From contig CAYWFZ010000001.1 in NCBI GenBank assembly GCA_964458035.1, positions 1-58,310 of the forward strand: a stretch of 58,310 nucleotides of DNA. Reading direction: 5' to 3'. The notes under the pieces were generated by a model that made no database searches, was not told the origin of the DNA, and saw nothing but the letters and a program-made list of their open reading frames with translations. Every line of letters begins with the position of its first letter. Position 1 is the first letter of the stretch. The DNA is from an uncultured Muribaculaceae bacterium (GTDB lineage Bacteria > Bacillota_I > Bacilli_A > RF39 > UBA660). Shown here in pieces: positions 19,400-29,080 of this stretch. A program made the position numbers and the translations under genes.

Positions 19400-20683
19400 A
19401 TGAGATTTATTGATTTATTAAAATATTCTTTTATTAAAACTATAAGGGATAAAAGAAAATTCTACTTTTTTTCTATTTTAATAATTTGTTCTTTATTGCT
19501 TCTAGTGGTATTGAACTATTATAATGGTTTTTTTGATAGTTTTAATTATTTTAATTTATATGATGTTTCATCAAGACAATTAGTTGTTGAACCTAGTTCA
19601 GAAGAAATAAAAAAGCATTTTAATGATGAAGATTATGATTATAAAATGTTTGATTTAAAGGAAATAGAGCATGTTCAGGACGTGTATTTCTTTTCTTATA
19701 ATTATAATGGCGCTATAAGAAGTTCTTTTAAAAATGATGAATACACAGGAAATCTAGTGTTTTCTTATGGTAATGAAAATATTATACCAAAATTAACTAA
19801 AGGAAATTATTTTTCACCTGATGATACAGGTAAGGCTATTTGTCCAAGTTATTTCTATCCTTCTACTATAAATGAAGGGAAGTTCGATTATTTTAAAAAA
19901 TATACTTTATTACGAACTGATGATTTAATTGGTAAAAAATTTGATATAGAAACAGACAAATATATCTGGGATAAAAAGGCTGTTAAAACAGGTACTTATA
20001 ATAAAACCTTTGAGATTGTAGGAATTTATGATGCTGGCAATGATTTTGATGCACTTGATAAGTGTTATGTTTCTTTAGGTGATATGCAAGATTTGTATGA
20101 GGCAAACACAAAGTATATTAATAATCCCGCCTATTCAAGAGATTTGTCTTATGTAGTTCTCGTAGACTCGCCTAAGAATATTGTGAGTGTTATGAAGGAA
20201 ATTAATGCTAAAGGCATTTATGATGCTCGCACGATTAGTGAACCGGATGAGGAATATATTAGCAAAATTAAGAAAACAACCTTTAAAATTGTTTTTTTGA
20301 TAGTTATAGGTGTAATTGTTGTTTCATTTCTTTATATTAGAAAAAGCATAAAGGATAGTTCTTATGAAGTAGGTGTTAATAAATCTTTAGGCTTTTTAGA
20401 TAGACAAATTATAAGCGTTGATATTATTAAGATTACTATAATGACTGTATGTTCTTCGATAATTAGTTTAATTATATATATTATTGTTTTAATAGTTGCA
20501 AATATAAGTTTTGAAGTGCCACTTTTATTGTCTCATCTTAATATATATTTTGATTTTAAGATTACTTCAGTGTTAATTACTTTTGCGATTACTATAATAG
20601 TTCCAGCTATAGTTGTATTTATTTTATCTAAGATGAATCTGAATAATTCTTTAATAAATTTAATCAGGAGTGAAAAAGAATGA
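19400..20683 (+). CDS. FtsX-family ABC permease with large extracytoplasmic domain
   Basis: N-terminal TM, ~250-aa loop and three C-terminal TMs (FtsX topology). Follows the ATPase by 1 nt. Confidence 0.75.
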   Translation: MRFIDLLKYSFIKTIRDKRKFYFFSILIICSLLLLVVLNYYNGFFDSFNYFNLYDVSSRQLVVEPSSEEIKKHFNDEDYDYKMFDLKEIEHVQDVYFFSYNYNGAIRSSFKNDEYTGNLVFSYGNENIIPKLTKGNYFSPDDTGKAICPSYFYPSTINEGKFDYFKKYTLLRTDDLIGKKFDIETDKYIWDKKAVKTGTYNKTFEIVGIYDAGNDFDALDKCYVSLGDMQDLYEANTKYINNPAYSRDLSYVVLVDSPKNIVSVMKEINAKGIYDARTISEPDEEYISKIKKTTFKIVFLIVIGVIVVSFLYIRKSIKDSSYEVGVNKSLGFLDRQIISVDIIKITIMTVCSSIISLIIYIIVLIVANISFEVPLLLSHLNIYFDFKITSVLITFAITIIVPAIVVFILSKMNLNNSLINLIRSEKE

Positions 20684-21690
20684 TTTTAAAAAGTTTCTTT
20701 AGACGATTTAGTACTAAGATTTATCTAGTTTTAATATTCTTTATAATTATACTGGTGTGTTTACTTGCTAACTATATTAAGTATTTTGATATTCTCATAA
20801 ATGAAAATTTTAGTAAAAAAGCATATATATATTTTGATAATGCTAATGAAGATATTTATAATAGGATTATAAATGATCAACTTCTGCTAAATGCAAAAAA
20901 GTTATTGAGTGCTACTTCTTGTGATGCTGTTTTTCCTATACATTACTTAAATAATGCTCAAATAGGTAGTAATGTTTTACTTTTTGAAGATAATGAGAAT
21001 AGATTAAGTGATAATGACGTAATAGTGAATATTTCATCTTTTAATTATCGAATTATTGAAGAAGAAATTCCCTTAATAATTGGTACTGATATAAAGTTAC
21101 GCAGTAATGATAAAGAAGTAGTTTTGAATATTGAATCTGTTATTTCTGAGTCTAGCCTTAATTATCTTATTGTTCCGCCTGAATTATTTTCTTTTCTACT
21201 TGAAGAAACCGGGAACTATGCTTGTATTGCTAATGTTATAAATAGTAAGACATTTTATGATGAATCTTTATCTTTAAAATATGAAAATGCTAGATTATTT
21301 TCTATGGAAAACGATGTTGATTTTGATCATAGAGTTAAACTAGAAGAAAATATTAAGTATTTAAAATTTGCTATTATTGGGTCTTGTTTAGTCTTTCTAA
21401 TCATTATGTTTATTATTAATAAGAATATGAAGTACGATTTAAAGAAGAGTAGAACACTAACAAAAAAATTAGGCTTTACTGATACACAAATTAAATTAAA
21501 TACATTTAAATGTATTGGTTCCTTGCATTTTATAGTTCTATTATTTGTATTTATAATATTATTAATTTCTTTGATTCTGGCAAATTCAGTACTAAATATT
21601 CCACTTGGGTATGATACATTGTTAATTCCATTATGTTTATTTATTCTTCTTTTATTTAATGATATTGTACTTTCGTTAACATGTAGTTAG
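20680..21690 (+). CDS. second FtsX-like permease/membrane protein
   Basis: Same topology (TM, ~190-aa loop, 3 TM). ATGA overlap with the previous gene. Confidence 0.6.
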   Translation: MILKSFFRRFSTKIYLVLIFFIIILVCLLANYIKYFDILINENFSKKAYIYFDNANEDIYNRIINDQLLLNAKKLLSATSCDAVFPIHYLNNAQIGSNVLLFEDNENRLSDNDVIVNISSFNYRIIEEEIPLIIGTDIKLRSNDKEVVLNIESVISESSLNYLIVPPELFSFLLEETGNYACIANVINSKTFYDESLSLKYENARLFSMENDVDFDHRVKLEENIKYLKFAIIGSCLVFLIIMFIINKNMKYDLKKSRTLTKKLGFTDTQIKLNTFKCIGSLHFIVLLFVFIILLISLILANSVLNIPLGYDTLLIPLCLFILLLFNDIVLSLTCS

Positions 21691-21692
21691 GT

Positions 21693-21720
21693 AAAACTTA
21701 TTCATTCTTGAATAAGTTTT
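21693..21720 (+). terminator. intrinsic terminator after the ABC operon
   Basis: 12-bp stem AAAACTTATTCA / TGAATAAGTTTT with TTCT loop. Confidence 0.75.
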
Positions 21721-21780
21721 ATTATGTATAGAAATAATTACTTAAATTTAGTACAATATATGTGTATGGCGGTGGTATAT

Positions 21781-23553
21781 ATGATTCATGAAAAGTTATC
21801 CTTGGTGCCTCATCTTCCTGGAAGTTATCAAATGAAGGATAAAAATGGGGTTATTATATATGTTGGAAAAGCTAAAGATTTAAAAAATCGCTTAACTTCT
21901 TATTTTACAGGAAGAGTAACTGGTAAAACTAAAAAGTTAGTATCAGAGATAGTTGATTTTGAATATATCGTTACATCTTCTGAACTTGAATCATTTATAC
22001 TTGAGTTAAACTTAATTAAAAAGTACGATCCAAAATATAATATCTTATTAAGGGATGATAAGAGTTATCCTTATATTCAATTTAAAAGAGATCCATATCC
22101 CACTTTAAAAGTTGTAAGATACTTACATGTTAAGAAAAGCAATGGAAAGCACTTATTTGGTCCATATGTCAATGCATATGCAGCAAGACGCATGGTTAAT
22201 TTAATTAATAGACTTTATCCATTAAAGAAGTGTGAAGGGAAAAAGCGTGAGGTATGCTTATATTACCACATTCACGAATGTTTAGGTTACTGTGTTAAAA
22301 GTATTGATAAAAATAAAATTGATGAAATGGAAAGAGAAATACTTTCTATTCTCAATGGAAATGATGATATTTTAATAAATAAGCTAATGTCTTTAATTGA
22401 ATTTCACTCAAATAATATGAATTATGAAGTCGCTTTAGAGTTAAAAAATGAGCTTGATAATATTAAAATTATTATGGAAAAACAAAAAGTTGAATTACAT
22501 GATTTTGTAAATCGAGATATAATCAATTATTATTTTGAGAATGGTTTTATATCTATTCAGATATTCTTTATTAGAAATGGTAAATTGGTAGGACAAAAGA
22601 ACAATATTATGCCAGTAAATGATGATTATCAAGATGATATTGAATCATTTATCGGACAGTTTTATGCTAAAAATGAAATTCCAAAGGAAATTATTACTAA
22701 TCCCGAATTAAATATGGACATGTTAAGCGAACTTTTAGATACTAAGGTTATTACTGTTACAAAGGGAAGTAAGAAAAAACTTCTAGATTTAGCTTGTGAA
22801 AATGCACGCATTAGTTTAAATAATAACTTTGAAACTATAAACCGAGAGATTATGCGTACAAGTGGTGCTAATGAAGAACTTGAGAGTCTTCTAAATATGA
22901 AAATACATAGAATTGATTCTTTTGATAACTCGAACCTTTTTGGATCGTTTGCAGTTTCAGGAATGGTTGTATATAAAGATGGAAAACCTTCAAAGAATGA
23001 TTATCGAAAATATAAAGTATCAGTGGATGTAAATGATGATTATCATACAATGAAAGAAGTAACTTATAGGAGATATTATCGCGCTTTAGTTGAAGACGCT
23101 GAATTACCTGATTTGATACTAGCAGATGGCGGTATAACCCAAGTCCATGCTATAAAGGAGACTTTAGAGTCTTTAGGGTTAGACAAAAAAATTAAGGTTT
23201 GTGGTATGGTAAAAAATGACAAACACAGGACTAATGATTTACTTGATGGCGATACTGAAGAATTAATCCCGATTGATAGAACAAGTAATGTATTTCACTA
23301 TTTAACGCGTATTCAAGATGAAGTACATAGATATACGATTAATTATCATAGAACTCTTAGAAGTAAAGGCTCAATCGCATCTGTTCTTGATAACATTGAT
23401 GGAATTGGTGATGTAAGAAAAAAGGAACTTATAAAGAAATTTGGCAGTGTTAAAAAGATGAGTGAAGCAAGCGTAGAGGAAATTGCCGAAGTTGTACCAA
23501 TGAATGTAGCTCTGAATATTTGTAAATACTTGACTGACTTTATGAACAAATAG
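21781..23553 (+). CDS. uvrC: excinuclease ABC subunit C
   Basis: GIY-YIG domain (GSYQMKDKNGVIIYVGKAKDLKNRLTSYF), UVR domain, endonuclease V-like domain and C-terminal HhH (IDGIGDVRKKELIKKFGS). ATG 21781 gives the canonical N-terminus. Confidence 0.93.
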   Translation: MIHEKLSLVPHLPGSYQMKDKNGVIIYVGKAKDLKNRLTSYFTGRVTGKTKKLVSEIVDFEYIVTSSELESFILELNLIKKYDPKYNILLRDDKSYPYIQFKRDPYPTLKVVRYLHVKKSNGKHLFGPYVNAYAARRMVNLINRLYPLKKCEGKKREVCLYYHIHECLGYCVKSIDKNKIDEMEREILSILNGNDDILINKLMSLIEFHSNNMNYEVALELKNELDNIKIIMEKQKVELHDFVNRDIINYYFENGFISIQIFFIRNGKLVGQKNNIMPVNDDYQDDIESFIGQFYAKNEIPKEIITNPELNMDMLSELLDTKVITVTKGSKKKLLDLACENARISLNNNFETINREIMRTSGANEELESLLNMKIHRIDSFDNSNLFGSFAVSGMVVYKDGKPSKNDYRKYKVSVDVNDDYHTMKEVTYRRYYRALVEDAELPDLILADGGITQVHAIKETLESLGLDKKIKVCGMVKNDKHRTNDLLDGDTEELIPIDRTSNVFHYLTRIQDEVHRYTINYHRTLRSKGSIASVLDNIDGIGDVRKKELIKKFGSVKKMSEASVEEIAEVVPMNVALNICKYLTDFMNK

Positions 23554-23604
23554 TTGCTGTCTACTTTTATTTATTATAAAATAAATTTGAAGGTAGTTGA
23601 TTTT

Positions 23605-24105
23605 ATGGCAACAGATGTATATGGAAAAAGAAAAATGTATTCTGGTGGAGCAATATTTTTGCTTTTAGTTCCAATTGGTGCTATTGTTTTGTTTTATCTA
23701 TATGACTTTTGTATGAATACCTATACGCAAAAACAGTTAGATATACGTACAAAAGATGTATTAACTGAAGTTCTAAATCGTGAAGGACTTGAAAACTTAG
23801 ATGAAATGAAGATATTTGCTTCTAAAGTTTTTGAAGAATATGGCATAACTGAGGATGACTATTCTCTTATGCAAATAGATGACTATTATTTATTAACTGC
23901 ATATGATCAGTACAGAAGTGTTGTAGGAAGTCTTAGTTTTGGTAAGTTAAGAAATAAAGAGGGAGTTGTTAATTCCAGCTATAAAGGATATTATAACGAA
24001 TACAAAGAAACTGTTGTAGAAAAGTATAAGGAGAATATTGATGGTACTTTAGACAACAATGAAGAAAATAATTCAAGTGATGATGGAGAGATAATAATAA
24101 ATTAG
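23605..24105 (+). CDS. membrane-anchored hypothetical protein
   Basis: ATG 23605 and TM GGAIFLLLVPIGAIVLFYLY. The ORF-track TTG at 23554 is less likely. Confidence 0.55.
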   Translation: MATDVYGKRKMYSGGAIFLLLVPIGAIVLFYLYDFCMNTYTQKQLDIRTKDVLTEVLNREGLENLDEMKIFASKVFEEYGITEDDYSLMQIDDYYLLTAYDQYRSVVGSLSFGKLRNKEGVVNSSYKGYYNEYKETVVEKYKENIDGTLDNNEENNSSDDGEIIIN

Positions 24106-24110
24106 GATGA

Positions 24111-24377
24111 TTAAAATTTAATCATCCTTTTATATTTGTTAATTAAATTATTTAAAAATTCATAATTTTCTTTACTGAATTTATCTTTGTATTTACTTAT
24201 GTCGAGTGAATTTGGATTTTTTAAATAAAATTCATAGTTGTTCTTTATAAATGTATATATAAAATCTAATTCACTACTTGTAACTATTAGATTATTTTTA
24301 TTGGCAAATTTTAATATATCTTCTTTTTTCATAATTGATATATAATTTTTAATAACATTTAACATACTTTCCTCCAT
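24111..24377 (-). CDS. small helical protein (DUF2624-like, tentative)
   Basis: 88-aa ORF. Its 3' end lies within a GGATGATTAAA/TTTAATCATCC hairpin shared with the convergent gene. Confidence 0.35.
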   Translation of the reverse strand: MEESMLNVIKNYISIMKKEDILKFANKNNLIVTSSELDFIYTFIKNNYEFYLKNPNSLDISKYKDKFSKENYEFLNNLINKYKRMIKF

Positions 24378-24416
24378 ATCTATTATATTTTATGATTAAT
24401 TACCAATAATATTAAT

Positions 24417-26324
24417 ATGAGAAAAGAGATTGTTTTAAAAATATTTATTCTATTTCTTAATCTTATTGTAATAATAAGACTTTTTGATATTTCTATAATT
24501 AAGCATGATTTTTATTTGGGAAAGAGCACTGAGATACTTAATAGTTATTTTTATGGACCTAGTGCACCAAGAGGAAGAATTCTTGATAAAAAGGGACGAA
24601 TACTTGTAGATAATAAAGGTATAAAGGTACTTACTTTTAAAAAAAATAGTAAGACTAATATTCATGCTCTATGTGAGAAACTTGCACGAATTTTAGACAT
24701 GCCAAATGTATCTGTTAGTCCTAGAGATAAGAAAAAATATTTTTATTTTGTAAATAAGGAAAAAGTGGATGCTTTGCTTGATAGTAAAATGATTGATAAG
24801 TATAAATCTTCCTTAATTACAGCATCCGAACTTGAAGAATATAAACATACCTTTATTAGTGATTCTGATATAGAAAAAGTTTCTGATAAAGAGGTATATA
24901 TTTATAATTTATTAAATTCTGGTTATAGTTTTAGTGAAAAAATTATTAAAAGTGATATTAGTGAGGAAGAAAATGCTAGTATAAATGAACTCGGAGAAAG
25001 CTCATTAGAAGTAAATGTTAAATGGGTTAGACACTATAATTATGATACTGTTTTAAATCAATTATTTGGAACTATTGGTGCAATTGATGAAGAGCGAGTT
25101 AATGAACTACTGGAAAGTGGTTATAGTTTAGACGATACAGTTGGTACAACTTTTTTAGAAAAATATTATGAAGAATATTTAAAAGGGAATAAAGCTATTT
25201 ATAAAATTGAAGATGGTGAAATTCAGTTGGTTCAAGAGGAAACTAGAGGATATGATTTAGTACTTGGAATTGATATTGATGAACAGATTGCTATCGAAAA
25301 CATGTTAAAAGAAGAAATAGAAAATGCTAAAAAGTATCCTAGTAGTAAATATTTTAAAGGCAGTTATGTTGTTGTATCAGAGCCCAAAACAGGTCTTGTA
25401 AAAGCTCTTGCTGGATTTGATGCTAATAACAATTATAGTCCAGATGTTATCGGAATTCTTACTAATTCATATACAGTTGGTTCAGTTGTTAAGGGGGCTA
25501 GTCAAAGTGTTGCTTTTATAAATGGGGTTATTGATAAAAATAAACAGATAGTTGATTCTTGTGTTAAACTTAAGAATATGCCTAGTAAATGTTCTTGGGC
25601 GAGACTTGGAAGTTTAAATGACATAGATGCTTTAGCTAAGTCCTCTAACTATTATCAATTTATCAATGCTATTAAGGTTGCTGGTAAAAATTATACATAT
25701 GATATGATTTTTAATCCTACAATAGATGATTTTAATAAATATAGAAGTGTATTTAGAGATTATGGACTAGGAAGTTTATCTGGTATAGATTTTGGTGAAG
25801 AAAAACTCGGTATAACTGGTTCAAGAATTAGTGGAGATTTACTCCTTAATTATGCGATTGGTCAATATGACACTTATACACCTTTAATGCTTTCAAGTTA
25901 TATTAACACTATTGCAAATGATGGAGAAAGATTAAAACTAAGACTAGTTGACTATGCAATTGACAATAATGGAAATCGAAGTAATATTAATGAAAGCCAA
26001 TTATTAAATAGAGTAGGTATTGATATAGGTGATTTAAAGAGGATTCAAGAGGGATTAAGGAAAGTTGTTTCTTCGGGTACAGCATCAGGTTATGTTGATT
26101 ATTCTTTCAATGCGGCTGGAAAAACTGGTACTAGTGAAACATTTTATAATGGAATACCTACTACTACTAGATCATTTATTATGTATGCACCGACTGATGA
26201 ACCAAAATATTCAATGGTTATTGTTTCACCTAATCTTGCCACACCAAATGCCACAAATAATTATAAATATCCGATAAATAGTCGTCTAAGTAGAAAAATA
26301 TCTAACTTTTTGTTTGAAAAGTAG
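24417..26324 (+). CDS. class B penicillin-binding protein (PBP2-type transpeptidase)
   Basis: N-terminal TM, dimerisation domain, SxxK (GSVVKG), SxN (KSSN), KTG (GKTGTSE). Confidence 0.9.
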   Translation: MRKEIVLKIFILFLNLIVIIRLFDISIIKHDFYLGKSTEILNSYFYGPSAPRGRILDKKGRILVDNKGIKVLTFKKNSKTNIHALCEKLARILDMPNVSVSPRDKKKYFYFVNKEKVDALLDSKMIDKYKSSLITASELEEYKHTFISDSDIEKVSDKEVYIYNLLNSGYSFSEKIIKSDISEEENASINELGESSLEVNVKWVRHYNYDTVLNQLFGTIGAIDEERVNELLESGYSLDDTVGTTFLEKYYEEYLKGNKAIYKIEDGEIQLVQEETRGYDLVLGIDIDEQIAIENMLKEEIENAKKYPSSKYFKGSYVVVSEPKTGLVKALAGFDANNNYSPDVIGILTNSYTVGSVVKGASQSVAFINGVIDKNKQIVDSCVKLKNMPSKCSWARLGSLNDIDALAKSSNYYQFINAIKVAGKNYTYDMIFNPTIDDFNKYRSVFRDYGLGSLSGIDFGEEKLGITGSRISGDLLLNYAIGQYDTYTPLMLSSYINTIANDGERLKLRLVDYAIDNNGNRSNINESQLLNRVGIDIGDLKRIQEGLRKVVSSGTASGYVDYSFNAAGKTGTSETFYNGIPTTTRSFIMYAPTDEPKYSMVIVSPNLATPNATNNYKYPINSRLSRKISNFLFEK

Positions 26325-26374
26325 CATATTATATGGTAAAATACTCTTAGTTTGACGAGTGAGGAGGCAATAAA

Positions 26375-26557
26375 ATGGCTAAGGGAAAAACAGATGCTAG
26401 AACACCTATAGGACTTAAATGTTCTAAATGTGGTAAAATGACTAGAAGACATACTGAAAAAAATACAAAAAATACTGTAGAAAAAATGGAAATAAAGAAA
26501 TATTGTCCTTTTTGTAAGTCTGTTCAAATCTTCAAAGAAACAAAAATTGGTAAGTAG
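26375..26557 (+). CDS. rpmG: 50S ribosomal protein L33 (zinc-ribbon type)
   Basis: CSKCGK...KKYCPFCKSVQIFKETK matches the L33 CxxC..CxxC pattern. GAGGAGG Shine-Dalgarno sequence. Confidence 0.85.
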   Translation: MAKGKTDARTPIGLKCSKCGKMTRRHTEKNTKNTVEKMEIKKYCPFCKSVQIFKETKIGK

Positions 26558-26579
26558 TTATCTACTTTAGGAGGATAAT

Positions 26580-26768
26580 ATGAAAGATCCTATTGTTGTG
26601 CATGGTCCATTAATTGATTATATAAATTATAGAAATCTTATTTTGGCTCAATCAAAGGGACCAAGATATAATAATATTACTAATGGATTGAATGCAATTC
26701 ATAGAGTTGTTTCTTCTAAAAGAAAGTATAAAAGAAGAAAAAGTAAATCTAGAAAAAGAAGAAAATAA
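26580..26768 (+). CDS. small protein with poly-basic C-terminal tail, unknown function
   Basis: 62 aa with strong Shine-Dalgarno sequence TAGGAGGA. Tail SSKRKYKRRKSKSRKRRK. Lies between rpmG and efp. Confidence 0.55.
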   Translation: MKDPIVVHGPLIDYINYRNLILAQSKGPRYNNITNGLNAIHRVVSSKRKYKRRKSKSRKRRK

Positions 26769-26792
26769 AATAAATTGGAGGTGTTTAATAGC

Positions 26793-27353
26793 ATGAACAT
26801 TAATATTAATGAAATAAAAAATGGTATGACTATTATAATTGATGGAAAACTTTGTTTAATTGAAGAATTCCAACATGTTAAGCCTGGTAAAGGTTCAGCA
26901 TTTATGAAGATGAAATTAAGAAACTTAAGAACTGGAGCTTTAGTTGAAGATACTTATAATACAAATATTAAAATTGAAAGAGCAAGAGTAGATAGACTAC
27001 CAATGCAATATTTGTATTCGCAAGGTAATTCATATGTATTTATGAATAATGAAACATATGAGCAATTGGAGTTGCCAGAAGAAAAGATTGCTGATCAAGT
27101 TAAATATTTAAAAGAAGGACTTGATATAACTATTAGTATGTATGAAGGTGAAATACTTGGTGTTCAATTACCAGAAAAGGTTGAATACGAAGTTGTTGAA
27201 ACTAGTGAGGCTGTTAAAGGCAATACTACTAATAATGCAACAAAAGATGCTAAAATTGAAACAGGTTATGTTGTTAAAGTACCTTTATTTATTAGCCAAG
27301 GAGAAAAGATTCTTATCTCTACTCAAGATGGTAAATATGCAGGAAGAGCTTAG
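26793..27353 (+). CDS. efp: elongation factor P
   Basis: FQHVKPGKGSAFMKMKLRNLRTG with the conserved loop Lys, and three OB/KOW-like domains. ATG 26793 follows GGAGGTG. Confidence 0.95.
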   Translation: MNININEIKNGMTIIIDGKLCLIEEFQHVKPGKGSAFMKMKLRNLRTGALVEDTYNTNIKIERARVDRLPMQYLYSQGNSYVFMNNETYEQLELPEEKIADQVKYLKEGLDITISMYEGEILGVQLPEKVEYEVVETSEAVKGNTTNNATKDAKIETGYVVKVPLFISQGEKILISTQDGKYAGRA

Positions 27354-27425
27354 TCTCTTCTTTTTATTTGTAAACCACCTTTATATTTTATAATCAACTA
27401 TTTTCTAATTTTTTACTGTAAACTA

Positions 27426-27454
27426 TTGACACATCTTTCCTAAATTGATATGAT
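27426..27454 (+). promoter_or_regulatory. sigma-A type promoter for the HTH gene
   Basis: TTGACA (27426-31), 17-nt spacer, TATGAT (27449-54). Confidence 0.65.
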
Positions 27455-27487
27455 ATCTATGTAAAATAGAGAAGGGAAGTTCGAAGA

Positions 27488-28261
27488 ATGGAACAATTAA
27501 ATAAATTACTACAAGAACTAGGTATTTCGAAAGTAAGACTTGCTAAGTATCTTGGTGTTTCAAGACAAATGGTTTATAACTATTTGGAATTAGAAAGTAT
27601 TAATAAATGGCCAAAAGAAAAGAAAATCTTATTATTAAAATTATTAGATATAGAAGATGGGGATGAAGGAACTGTTAGTTCTATTAAGGTTACAACTGAT
27701 TATTTATTAGCTGTAGAAAATAGATTAACTGAAGGTGTTAAAGAAGCTTCTGAAAATGACTATTTAGATTTAAAAGGATTAAAAAAAGAGGAACATGCTT
27801 TAATAAGCGATATTACCTTCTTAATTAAAGAAAAATTGGTTGAATCTGCCAATCATGAGGAAAACTTCTATGCTTTACAATATATGTATCATATGTTACA
27901 AAGTATGGACAATGCTCCAGAAATTAAGTACTTATTAGGTTATGTATCAAAAGCTATGGGATTTACTCCTCCAAATGTATTTAGATTTAATGAAGATAAA
28001 CAATTTATTTTTGAAGGTATAATTCATACAGCATTTAATCTATTTAATAATGGTGCTCCTACAAGAGCTAAAGTTGTCGAATCTCGTGATAGATTCGTAC
28101 GTGATATCGAATCTAAGAACGAAGAAAAGCTATCTCGTACACAACAATTATTTACTGTAAAAGTTCAAGCTTTAAGAGAACTAGGTTATTCACAGCTTAA
28201 TAATGAAAATGCTGCTGAAGTATTTGAAAAAATTGCAGAAATTGAATCAAGAAAAGTTTAA
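27488..28261 (+). CDS. HTH-domain protein, unknown function; last + strand gene before dif
   Basis: N-terminal LGISKVRLAKYLGVSRQMVYNYLE helix-turn-helix. The remaining ~200 aa are helical and uncharacterised. Confidence 0.6.
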   Translation: MEQLNKLLQELGISKVRLAKYLGVSRQMVYNYLELESINKWPKEKKILLLKLLDIEDGDEGTVSSIKVTTDYLLAVENRLTEGVKEASENDYLDLKGLKKEEHALISDITFLIKEKLVESANHEENFYALQYMYHMLQSMDNAPEIKYLLGYVSKAMGFTPPNVFRFNEDKQFIFEGIIHTAFNLFNNGAPTRAKVVESRDRFVRDIESKNEEKLSRTQQLFTVKVQALRELGYSQLNNENAAEVFEKIAEIESRKV

Positions 28262-28555
28262 TACTTTTCTTTTTTTATGATGTAGTAGGAGAGGGGAAGA
28301 GGAACTTATTTAATAGAGGCATATATAAGTATATGATAATAACCTATTTATAAGTCTTTTTAAAGATATTTGCTATGAGTATGACTAAGTTATTGCATTT
28401 TATAATTTTACTCTTTAAATGGGTCTAAAAAATGCTTTAATAATCGGATTAAAAAATATAAGTCCCCTCTTCTGCTTTTCTAAAATTATAGGGGAGAGTG
28501 ACTATTAAAAAATATTTAATTACAATATAATAATTGTTGCAAAAAAATATTAATA

Positions 28556-28566
28556 ACTCCCCCTAC
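28556..28566 (+). repeat. 11-mer ACTCCCCCTAC, left copy of an inverted pair bracketing dif (part of a hairpin 28562-28594)
   Basis: Exact reverse complement occurs at 29070-29080. Confidence 0.7.
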
Positions 28567-28735
28567 TTTAATTAATTATTAAAGATGGAGTAGGATAAGT
28601 ATATTAGATATTATTTTTTTATATAATATATGATCAGGTTGATTTTGAATGATGATTATCTATATATTATTATTTATGCATATTTAATTATTAATAAAGA
28701 TGGGTAATTAATCATCTAATTTATTAAAATATGGA

Positions 28736-28763
28736 AGTTAACATAATATATATTATATGAAGT
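28736..28763 (-). other. dif: dif-like site (XerC/XerD chromosome dimer resolution site)
   Basis: The minus strand reads ACTTCATATAA-TATATA-TTATGTTAACT. This matches B. subtilis dif ACTTCCTAGAA-TATATA-TTATGTAAACT (as I recall it) at 25/28 positions. It sits at the switch in gene orientation. Confidence 0.75.
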
Positions 28764-28942
28764 TCAATGTTTTTGATTAAAAGATTGATAGTTATCCATT
28801 ATATCTTATTTAGTATATTTATTAGATGTTTTCATATTAACTATTATTCACTACTCTTACTTCTATAAATGTTTCTGATAGGGGTTCTAATTTAATTCTC
28901 AAGTATATATTATTATATCTTCATTTATTATTAATATTATAT

Positions 28943-28972
28943 TTGCTATATATGTTTATTTGTATATAGCAA
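28943..28972. repeat. perfect 10-bp inverted repeat TTGCTATATA-N10-TATATAGCAA
   Basis: Read directly from the sequence. Lies 180 bp from dif in non-coding DNA. Confidence 0.8.
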
Positions 28973-29069
28973 TAGTTAAATTAATATTTCTAAGTAGAAG
29001 GGTACTTATTTAAAATTAATATTTCAATTATTATTAATTTGATTCCCCTACTTTTTTATAAGATTAATG

Positions 29070-29080
29070 GTAGGGGGAGT
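29070..29080 (+). repeat. 11-mer GTAGGGGGAGT, right copy of the inverted pair (part of hairpin CCCCTAC-N18-GTAGGGG, 29045-29076)
   Basis: Reverse complement of 28556-28566. Confidence 0.7.

Noticed and set aside
26065-27393. Overlapping same-strand ORFs 26065-26277 and 27142-27393, and the antisense ORF 26261-26527
   Set aside because: They are alternative frames of the PBP2, efp and rpmG genes. They have no Shine-Dalgarno sequences, and the primary frames carry unmistakable family motifs.
28288-29080. G-rich motifs (GAGAGGGG, GGGGAGAG, AGAAGGG) as FtsK/SpoIIIE-orienting KOPS/SRS sequences pointing at dif
   Set aside because: Their strand orientation is not consistently polarised toward dif on the two sides, and there are too few copies to judge.
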